Source: an uncultured Microthrixaceae bacterium
GTDB lineage: Bacteria; Actinomycetota; Acidimicrobiia; Acidimicrobiales; DATDAH01
DNA: 64,000 bases
Reading direction: 5' to 3'
Assembly: GCA_963725155.1 (NCBI GenBank)
Contig: CAVRXU010000007.1
Location: forward strand, 320,131-384,130
A model generated the notes under the pieces. It had not been told where the DNA came from. It saw only the letters and a list, made by a program, of their open reading frames with translations, and searched no databases. Made by a program: the position numbers and the translations under genes. This document shows, piece after piece, positions 28,701-36,681 of the stretch; positions within the stretch are counted from its first letter, which is position 1, and each line of letters starts with the position of its first letter.

Positions 28701-30142
28701 CCGCCCGTTCCTCGGCCCATCTGGCCGGCTCGCTGGCCGCCCGGGCCTCCTCCGCGTTGGACGGGGACCCGTCGACCGCCTGGACGACGCCCTTCAACTC
28801 CCTCATGGGCCAGTACATGGAGGTCGAGTTGCCTGAGGCGCGGACCGTGGACCACCTGGACCTCCAGGTCGTGGCCGACGGCCGTCACTCGGTTCCCACC
28901 CGGATTCGCCTCACCGCAGGGGACGAATCCCGGGAGTTGACGGTGCCGCGGCTCCACGCCGGCGCCCGACCGGGGGCGGTGACCGACGTCCCGCTCGCGT
29001 TCGACCCCCTGGAGGGCGACACGTTCCGCCTCACCGTGCTCGAGGCTCGGCGGGCCACGACCATCGACTGGTACAGCGGTGGCCCCGCCATCCTCCCGAT
29101 CGGCATCGCCGAGATGGGCCTGCCCGGCGTCGTCCGGCCGGTGCCGCCCGAGGACGTGAGCGACCGCTGCCGCGACGACCTCCTGACCGTCGACGGCGAG
29201 CCGGTATCGGTCAGCCTCTCGGGCACGACCACCGATGCCGAGGCTCGACTGCCGCTCGCCCTCGAGGCCTGCGCCGGTCCCATCACGGCGTCGGGCGAGA
29301 CCGACCTCGTCGCCGCCGAGGGTCAGGACACTGGCCTGGACATCGACGCCCTCACCCTTTCCTCCGGTCCCGATGGCGGTGCCGCCGCTCCCGGGGTCAC
29401 GGGCACGGTGCCGCCCCCTCCATCGGTCGATCTCGAGACGCCCCACCTGCTCGAGTACCGGACCGAGGCCGACACCGACGAGCCGTACTGGTTGGCCGTC
29501 GGGCAGAGCTACGGGCCGGAATGGGCCGCCGATGCCGAGGGCGGCGAGATCCTCGGCCACGAGATCGTGTCCGGCTTCGCCAATGGCTGGTACGTCCAGC
29601 CCGACGGTGACGGTCCGGTCGCCGTGACCGTCACCTGGCCCCCGCAGCGACCGATCTGGCTGGCGATCGCGATCTCCCTCGTGGCGCTGTTGCTGTGCGG
29701 CATCGCCCTCGTGTTCGACCGCCGGCGGGCCAACCAGCCCGCCCGCGACCGGGCGCCGGCCATCACCCTGCTCTGGCCCCCGGCTCCGGAACGGCAGCTC
29801 GTGGCCGGTCGACCCGCCGTCGTGGCGATCGCCGGTGCCGCGGTCGGCGGCTGGTTGCTGGCCACGCCGGTGGTGGCCCTTGCCCTGGCCGTCGCCATGG
29901 CCGCGACGCTGCGGTGGCGGTGGGGCTCGCTCACCGTCCGCTTGGGCGCCGTGCTGGTCGTCCTCGGAGCCAGCCTCTACATCTTCACCAAGCAGTTGAC
30001 CGACAACCTGCCGCCGGACTTCGGCTGGCCCCAGAACTTCGACGCCGCCCACTGGGTGACCATGGGCGCCGTACTCGCCCTCGGCGTCGATGCTGTGGCC
30101 GAGTTGGTCCGGAGTCGGAGCCACTGGCGGATCGGGTCATGA
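25779..30142 (+). pseudogene. AftD-like / DUF3367 alpha-(1->3)-arabinofuranosyltransferase-family GT-C protein (~1450 aa), split by a -1 frameshift near 28115
   Basis: N-terminus ...YLPLVFTQPGQVGADTKTYLYLDPGRLL...WDPGVGLGGVTHQ is typical of this family. ORF 25779..28160 and ORF 28157..30142 join seamlessly (..DGDPRTAWKVGAFA|EVEGEYLRITTDEPVTTDHIGL..) if one base is restored. Confidence 0.7.
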
Positions 30143-31164
30143 AGCGGGTCGCGGTGGTCGTCGGTGTCCTGGTGGTCGTCGTCGTGCTGGCCGAGGTCGG
30201 GGCCCGGGCCTTTTCGCCCTACCTGCCTGAGCCATCCCTCTGGACCGACGACACCACCACCGTCAAGGTGGCCCAGCTCGACGCCCGGGCCTGTGTGGAC
30301 CTGGTCTTCGCCGGCAACTCGATGACCCGGGACGGCCTCGACCCGGTGGCGTTCGGCGAGGCCGACGCCGAGGACCGGATCACCTACAACGCCGCCCTCG
30401 ACGCCGCCACCCCCGCCCTGCTCCAGCGGTGGGTGCTGGACGAGGTCGATCCGCGGGTCGATCCCGACGGCGTCGTCCTCGGCCTCTCCAGCTTCGACCT
30501 GAACGACAACGCGGCCATCGGGCAGTCCGCCCTCGAGGCCTACGACAGTGCCCCCCTCAGCCGGGACGACATCTTCGGCCGGCTTCAGGCGCCCTTCATC
30601 GAGCACCTGGACCTGTTCCGCTACCGCAACCAGCTCCGGGACCCCGAGGTGGTCTGGGACGGCTTGGGGGCGTGGCGGGACGGTGACCGACAGCCCCGGC
30701 TGGGCCCTGATGGCCTGGAGGGGCTCCTGGGCCCGGAAGGTCAGGGTCTTTCGCGCCGCGACCTGAACTACGAGCCCAGCCCGCTGACGGAGCGCTTCGC
30801 CCAGAACGAGCTGCTCAACGACTTCCACCTCGGGGGGGAGCAGACCGAGGCGGCCGAGGACCTCCTGGCCGGCCTGGCCGACCGGGACGTCGACACCGCC
30901 GTGGTCGTCCTCCCGGTGACCCAGGACTACGTCGACCTCCACCCCGGGGGCAGGGCCCAGTACGACGAGTTCCTGGCCCTGGCCGAGCGCATCGCCACCG
31001 AGAACGGCGCCGAGTTCATCGACCTCCACGATCTGGCCCCCGACGACTCCTGGTTCGCCGACACCCACCACCTCAACGCCACCGGCTCCGCCGCCCTCAG
31101 CCAGGCCCTCCCCGCCCTCCTCGGCCCCGACTTCGCCCAGGGCAGCAGATGTGAAAGCGGCTGA
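30139..31164 (+). CDS. Membrane-anchored SGNH-like (DltD/AlgX-type) esterase or acyltransferase
   Basis: ATG 30139 overlaps the AftD-like stop (ATGA). N-terminal TM anchor, FAGNSMT (Ser block), and FADTHHLNATGSAALS (DxxH block). Confidence 0.45.
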   Translation: MKRVAVVVGVLVVVVVLAEVGARAFSPYLPEPSLWTDDTTTVKVAQLDARACVDLVFAGNSMTRDGLDPVAFGEADAEDRITYNAALDAATPALLQRWVLDEVDPRVDPDGVVLGLSSFDLNDNAAIGQSALEAYDSAPLSRDDIFGRLQAPFIEHLDLFRYRNQLRDPEVVWDGLGAWRDGDRQPRLGPDGLEGLLGPEGQGLSRRDLNYEPSPLTERFAQNELLNDFHLGGEQTEAAEDLLAGLADRDVDTAVVVLPVTQDYVDLHPGGRAQYDEFLALAERIATENGAEFIDLHDLAPDDSWFADTHHLNATGSAALSQALPALLGPDFAQGSRCESG

Positions 31165-31383
31165 GGGACCTTCCGCTTCGGTGCAGCCTGCTGAGCGCAG
31201 CGAAGCCAGTCAGTCAGATGTCACGGGAGCGAAGCACTCCGCCGACCTTCCGCCGGTGGGTGACGCTGCGCAGCGGAGCGGAGCGGCTCGGTGACCCCTG
31301 AGCTTCGGCGGAGCCGGACTTGCTGAGCGCAGCGAAGCCAGTCAGATGTAACTGAGCGCAGCGAAGCCAGTCACATGTAGCCG
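31145..31383. repeat. About 2.5 degenerate copies of the GC-rich repeat family, filling a convergent intergenic region
   Basis: The core gctgagcgcagcgaagccagtca occurs 3 times. The full left arm gtgacgctgcgcagcggagcggagcggctcggtgacccctgagcttcggcggagccgga occurs once. Confidence 0.7.
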
Positions 31384-32262
31384 TCACGCTTCGGGGCATT
31401 CCTCCGGAGGGAAGACCCAGCGCCAGTTGCGGTTGGACCAGTCCTCGGCCAGGGGGACGTCCCACTGGCGCTGGAGGTACCGGAGGACCGGGCGGGCCAG
31501 TCGCTCGGCGCCGTCGGCGCAGAGGTGCGTGGCGTCGAGGCGCCGGACGCGCTGGGGGGTGCCGCGGGGCCCCGGGAGGACGTCGGCCCAGCTCCCGTCG
31601 GGCCGGGCCAGGATGGTGTCACCCGGGATGTAGGTGAGGTCCGGGGAGTCGTGGGCCAGCTGGCGCACCGCCCGGTTCATCGACGACCACTCGAGTTGAC
31701 GGCGCGGGTCGATCGACGGGGGCATGGCGACCCACACGACGTCGGCGCCCTCGCTGGTCAGGAGGTCGAGGTAGGGATCGAGGTTCTCTCGCCGGTAGGC
31801 CCGCAGCCACGCCCGGGTGCCCAGGGGCTGCTCGCGGAGCGCGTCCTCGGCCATGCCCTCCCAGACGCCGATCATGATCACGACGACCTCGGGGTCGTAC
31901 TGGTCGAGCTGTCGGCGCCACAGGGTCCGCGTCACGTCCTCGCGGGGGATGCTCGGGGCGGCGACGAGGCGGGCGACGGCGTGACCCCCGTCCTGCAGCG
32001 TGGAGGAGATGGCCAGCGAGATGTCGGCCATGAGGGAGTCACCGGCCATGAGGACGCGGAGGGGGTCGTCGGCTGTGGGCCGCCGCCCGCCCGGTGGCGG
32101 CGGCGCGGTCGTGGTGGTGGGGCTGCTCGAGGTGGAGGAGGTGGTCGAGGCCGCCGGTGCGTCGACCGCCGTCGGGGCGGCCCTTTCGTCGCCTTCCCCG
32201 CAGGCGGTGGCCAGCAGGGCGACGGTGAGCAGCGCCACGACGAGCGGCGCCCGCCGCGTCAA
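31384..32262 (-). CDS. SGNH-hydrolase-fold lipoprotein, paralog 4 of 4
   Basis: TTG 32262 overlaps the upstream stop (TTGA). Lipobox LLATAC, S/T/P linker, VLMAGDSLM, DATHLCADG, and a C-terminal W...W...EEC tail. Confidence 0.65.
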   Translation of the reverse strand: MTRRAPLVVALLTVALLATACGEGDERAAPTAVDAPAASTTSSTSSSPTTTTAPPPPGGRRPTADDPLRVLMAGDSLMADISLAISSTLQDGGHAVARLVAAPSIPREDVTRTLWRRQLDQYDPEVVVIMIGVWEGMAEDALREQPLGTRAWLRAYRRENLDPYLDLLTSEGADVVWVAMPPSIDPRRQLEWSSMNRAVRQLAHDSPDLTYIPGDTILARPDGSWADVLPGPRGTPQRVRRLDATHLCADGAERLARPVLRYLQRQWDVPLAEDWSNRNWRWVFPPEECPEA

Positions 32263-32960
32263 CGTCCGAAGAGACGGATGCGTAGCAGGATCCACAGGGC
32301 GTCCACACCGTCGAGCCACGTGATCTTCTTGCCCTCCTCGCGGCTGCGGGCCTTGTAGCTGATGGGGACCTCGTAGATCCTCTCCCCCCGGCGTAGCAGT
32401 CCTCCGGTGACCTCGGCCTCGATCCCGAAGCCCGACGCCTTGGGCGCCACCTCCCGCCAGAGCTCGGTGGGGGCCACCTTGAGGCACGTCTCCACGTCCG
32501 ACAGCCACGCGTTGTAGAGGAGGCTGGCCCAGAACGCGACCAGCTTGTTGCCGAGCACGTACCAGAACGAGTAGGCGGCATTGCTGCCGAAGGAGCGGGT
32601 GCCGTAGACCACTCGGGCGTCCTCGTGCAGGATGGGGTGCAGCAGGTCGACGAAGTCGGCCGGGTCGTACTCGAGGTCGGCATCCAGGATCGTCAGCAGG
32701 TCCGAGGTCGCCTCGTCGAAGCCCCGACGCAGCGCCGCCCCCTTGCCCTGGTTGGGTTCCTGGCGGAACGTGCGGATCGTGTCGTCGGCGGCGACGAGGT
32801 CCTCGATCAGGTCCATGCAGCCGTCGGTGGAGCCGTCGTCGACGATGACCACCTCGCGGTCGACCGGCAGGTCCACGGCCAGCAGTCGCTCGAGCGCGAC
32901 CCGCAGCGTGGCCGCCTCGTTGTACACGGGCATGACGATGGTCAGGGACGAGGGCGTCAT
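32259..32960 (-). CDS. GT2 glycosyltransferase, polyprenyl-phosphate sugar synthase-like
   Basis: Start ATG 32960 (MTPSSLTIVMPVYNEA...). Motifs VVIVDDGSTDG and ILDADLEYDP. Confidence 0.75.
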   Translation of the reverse strand: MTPSSLTIVMPVYNEAATLRVALERLLAVDLPVDREVVIVDDGSTDGCMDLIEDLVAADDTIRTFRQEPNQGKGAALRRGFDEATSDLLTILDADLEYDPADFVDLLHPILHEDARVVYGTRSFGSNAAYSFWYVLGNKLVAFWASLLYNAWLSDVETCLKVAPTELWREVAPKASGFGIEAEVTGGLLRRGERIYEVPISYKARSREEGKKITWLDGVDALWILLRIRLFGR

Positions 32961-33117
32961 CGGTCTCCATCGGTCGGAGGGGGCAGGGGTGGAAGGGGTG
33001 CCGACCGACCGGCGGCAATTAGCATACGGAGGCTCGCAGGCCACCCCTTGGACGTTCTGGAGGCTTCCCATCGACACCGACAGCCGCGACAAGCTCGGCG
33101 ACCTCGCGGCGTCCTCC

Positions 33118-34229
33118 GGCCTTCGGCGGATCCACCTCCTGGCCTGGCGCGACCTCTACGACGTCGAGGCCGGCGGATCCGAGGTCCATGCCGCCGAGGT
33201 CGCCCGCCTCTGGTCCGAGGCCGGCATCGAGGTCACCATGCGGACCTCCTACGCCCAGGGCCATCCCCCCGAGGGCGTCCGTGACGGCTACCGGGTCATC
33301 CGCCGGGCGGGCCGCTACCTGGTGTTCCCCCGGGCCGCGCTGGCCGAGGCGACCGGGCGTCACGGGCCTCGCGACGGCCTGGTCGAGATCTGGAACGGCA
33401 TGCCCTTCCTGTCGCCGATCTGGTGCCGAGGCCCCCGCGTGGCCTGGCTGCACCACGTCCACGGAGCCATGTGGAAGATGGTCCTGCCCCCGAACCTGGC
33501 CGGGGTGGGCGAGCTCATCGAGTCCCGCATCGCCCCGCCGATCTACCGCCGCACCCGGGTCGTGACCCTCTCGGAGTCCTCCAAGCGGGAGATGATCGAC
33601 AAGCTGGGCTTTCGTGCGCAGCGAGTGGACGTGGTCCCCCCTGGCATCGACCCCCGCTTCCAGCCCGGCGGGAAGCGCTCCCCCGACCGCTGGTCGTCGC
33701 TGTGGGTCGCCTGGTGCCGGTCAAGCACTTCGACGGCCTCATCAGAACGATGCAGGAGGTCCGGCGCCACGTCCCGGACGCGGGCCTGACCATCGTCGGC
33801 GAGGGGTTCGAGCGCGAGGACCTCGATGCGCTGGTCCGGGACCTCGACGCCGAGAGCTGGGTCGACTTCGCCGGGAGGGTCTCCGACGACGGCTTGGTCG
33901 ATCTCTACCGACGGGCGTGGGTCGTGGCCAGCGCCTCCAGCCACGAGGGCTGGGGCATGACCCTGACCGAAGCCGCCGCCTGCGGCACCCCCGCTGTGGC
34001 CACCCGCATCTCGGGGCACGTCGACGCTGTGGAAGACGGGGTCGGCGGGCTGTTGGCGGACGATGAGCGTGAGCTCGCCGCCCACCTGGTCTCCGTGCTC
34101 ACCGACGCTGACCTCCGGGCCCGGTTGGGCGAGGGGGCCCGCCGGCGCGCCGCCACGCTGACCTGGGGCGCCACTGCGCTCCAGACGCTGCGGGTGCTGG
34201 CCGAAGAAGCCCGTCGCCGGCGGGGCTGA
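33118..34229 (+). pseudogene. GT4 (GT-B fold) glycosyltransferase, -1 frameshift near 33687; start codon unresolved
   Basis: The N-terminal half (RRIHLLAWRDLYDVEAGGSEVHAAEV...) is in frame 1. The C-terminal half (PLVVAVGRLVPVKHFD...SSHEGWGMTLTEAAACGTPAVA) is in frame 0. Confidence 0.65.
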
Positions 34230-34232
34230 GCG

Positions 34233-34907
34233 GTGACCGCCCCGCCCGTCGTCCTTGCCCACGGCTTCGCCGGCTCCGGTCGCCTGACCTGGGGCGACGC
34301 CGGCTGGCTGGAGCTCTTGGCCGACGAGGGGCGATCGGCCACGGCGGTCGACCTGCTGGGCCACGGCGACGCCCCCAAGCCCCGCGAGCCCGAGGCCTAC
34401 CGCGCCCTGGCCGAGCACCTGGCCGGGCTCTTGCCGGACGAGCCGGTCGACGGCATCGGGTTCTCGCTGGGCGCGGCCACCCTCCTGCAGGTGGCGATGG
34501 CCGAGCCGACACGCTTCCGGCGCCTCGTCCTGGCCGGGATCGGTGACGACCTCTTCGCCCCCCCCGACAGCGAGCCGGTGGCGGCCCTGATCGAGGCCGG
34601 CGGTGAGCTCCCCGAGTCACCGTTCGTGCGCCACCTCGTCGACCTGGCCTCGGCGCCGGGCACCGACCGGGAAGCATTCGTGGCCTGCCTGCGCCGTCCC
34701 CGGACACCGGTCGACGAGGCCACCTTGGCGGTGGTCGACGTCCCCGTGCTCGTCGTGCTGGGCGACCGTGACCACGTGGGGCCGGCCGATCGGCTGGTGG
34801 CCGCCCTTCCCGATGCCCGGCTCCAGGTCCTGCGGGGGGTGGACCACGGCCGGACGCCGGCGGCCATGGGCTTCCTCGACGCCGCGCTCCGGTTCATCGC
34901 GGCCTGA
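34233..34907 (+). CDS. Alpha/beta-fold hydrolase
   Basis: VVLAHGFAGSG, nucleophile elbow GFSLG, and C-terminal LGDRDH...VDHG. Confidence 0.75.
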   Translation: MTAPPVVLAHGFAGSGRLTWGDAGWLELLADEGRSATAVDLLGHGDAPKPREPEAYRALAEHLAGLLPDEPVDGIGFSLGAATLLQVAMAEPTRFRRLVLAGIGDDLFAPPDSEPVAALIEAGGELPESPFVRHLVDLASAPGTDREAFVACLRRPRTPVDEATLAVVDVPVLVVLGDRDHVGPADRLVAALPDARLQVLRGVDHGRTPAAMGFLDAALRFIAA

Positions 34908-35019
34908 GCGACCCGGCCCGGATCTCGGGCTCTCCGGCTCAAGGATCCTCGGGCGGCGCCGACGGAGATACCAGCGGCTTACTGGGCGGACCGCGCCCGG
35001 TGGTGCTGGAGGCGGTGTC

Positions 35020-36681
35020 ATGGAGCTGACCGACGATGGAGCGCGACGGCCGGGGCTGACACCCGCCCCGAACGACCCCCGCAAGCTCCGCGACATGCTG
35101 CTGGTGGTCGTCGTCTGTGCCGCCGTCGCCCTGGCCCTCGTGGCCGTCAACGCCGTCGACCACATCTATGCCGCTTTGGCCGCCAGGGACGCCACCGCCC
35201 TTCTCGTCGGCGCGATCCTCATCCCTGTCGGGGTGTCGGTCTTCGCCTTCCGTCGGTTCCAGGCCGCCGAGGAGGTCTGGAAGGAGACGGCTCGGCTGTC
35301 GATGCGGGACCCGCTCACCGGGTTGCCGACCCGTCGCTTCCTGAGCCAGCACTTCCGCGAGGTCGTCCGTCGGGTCCAGCGTCACGGTGGCCGGGTGGCG
35401 GTGTTCTTCTGCGACCTCGACAAGTTCAAGCAGATCAACGACACCTACGGCCACGAGATGGGCGACCGGGTGATGACCAAGGTGGCCGAGCGGCTGGCCG
35501 CCATCATCGAGGACGACGACATCCTCATCCGGTACGGGGGTGACGAGTTCGTCGTGATCAGCCCCAACGCCAGCACCCGCCTCACCGCCGAGCGGGCTGC
35601 CGACCGCCTGATCGAAGCCCTCGAATCGCCCTTCGCCGTCGGCGAGGACAAGATCCAGCTCTCGGTCTGCGTCGGAGTGGCCCTCACCGAGGAGCACTGC
35701 ACCGAGCCCGACGACGTCCTGCGGGACGCCGACAAGGCCATGTACAAGGCGAAGGCCGCCGGCGGCGGCCAGGTGGCCATCTACGACCGCTCGATGGCCA
35801 ACCGCATCACGCCGTCGACGGCCGAGCGGCGCCTGCGCATGGCGTTGGCCGAGGAGCAGTTCCGTCTCTACTACCAGCCGGTGGTGTCGCTGCAGACCCA
35901 GCGCATGGTGAAGGTCGAGGCCCTCATCCGCTGGGAGGATCCCGAGCGGGGCATCGTCAGCCCCGGCGAGTTCATCCCCGCGCTGGAGAACACCGGCCTC
36001 ATCGTCCCCGTCGGGACCTGGGTGCTGGAGCAGGCCTGTCGCCAGGCCCACGAATGGGCCAGCAACTACCGCCACCAGGCCCCGCTCATGGTCACGGTGA
36101 ACGTGTCGGCCCGCCAGTTGTCCCAGGCCGACTTCGGCGAGGTGCTGCGCCGGGTGCTGGGCGAGACCGGGGTCGACCCCGGGACCATCTGCCTGGAGAT
36201 CACCGAGGGGGCGGTCCTGGCCGACGTGGAAGCCGCGTGGTCGACGCTCCGCTCGATCAAGGCGCTCGGCGTCTACCTCGCCCTCGACGACTTCGGCACG
36301 GGGTTCTCGTCGCTCAGCTTCCTGCGCCAGTTCCGCCCGGACATCGTCAAGATCGACAAGTCCTTCGTCGACGGCCTCGGCCAGAGCCGGGAGGACACCA
36401 CGATCATCGAGCACGTGGTCGGCATGGCGCGCGGCCTCGGCATGGTGACCGTCGCCGAGGGCGTGGAGACGGCCGACCAGGTGCGCTACCTGCGGGGCCT
36501 CGAGTGCAACATGGCCCAAGGCTTCTTCTACAGCAAGCCCCAGCCCCCGTCGGTCATCGACCGGATCCTCGGCCAGCCCCCGGACGACCGCTGGCGTCGC
36601 GACCGGATCGCGGCCCAGGCGGCCCAGGCCCTGCCCGCCCCGGCCGTGACCCCGACCATGCGGACCCCCGCCCCCGCCTGA
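35020..36681 (+). CDS. Membrane-anchored GGDEF-EAL protein (c-di-GMP synthase/phosphodiesterase)
   Basis: ATG 35020. Two N-terminal TM helices. Intact YGGDEF and EALIRW motifs, plus DDFGTGFSSL and QGFFYSKP. Confidence 0.9.
   Translation: MELTDDGARRPGLTPAPNDPRKLRDMLLVVVVCAAVALALVAVNAVDHIYAALAARDATALLVGAILIPVGVSVFAFRRFQAAEEVWKETARLSMRDPLTGLPTRRFLSQHFREVVRRVQRHGGRVAVFFCDLDKFKQINDTYGHEMGDRVMTKVAERLAAIIEDDDILIRYGGDEFVVISPNASTRLTAERAADRLIEALESPFAVGEDKIQLSVCVGVALTEEHCTEPDDVLRDADKAMYKAKAAGGGQVAIYDRSMANRITPSTAERRLRMALAEEQFRLYYQPVVSLQTQRMVKVEALIRWEDPERGIVSPGEFIPALENTGLIVPVGTWVLEQACRQAHEWASNYRHQAPLMVTVNVSARQLSQADFGEVLRRVLGETGVDPGTICLEITEGAVLADVEAAWSTLRSIKALGVYLALDDFGTGFSSLSFLRQFRPDIVKIDKSFVDGLGQSREDTTIIEHVVGMARGLGMVTVAEGVETADQVRYLRGLECNMAQGFFYSKPQPPSVIDRILGQPPDDRWRRDRIAAQAAQALPAPAVTPTMRTPAPA

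Noticed and set aside
12300-33690. Programmed ribosomal frameshifting as the explanation for the broken frames at about 12304, 12344, 28115 and 33687.
   Set aside because: There is no X-XXY-YYZ slippery heptamer or A/T-rich slip site at any junction, and no obvious downstream pseudoknot. Four unrelated genes are affected, so indels (real or technical) are the simpler explanation.
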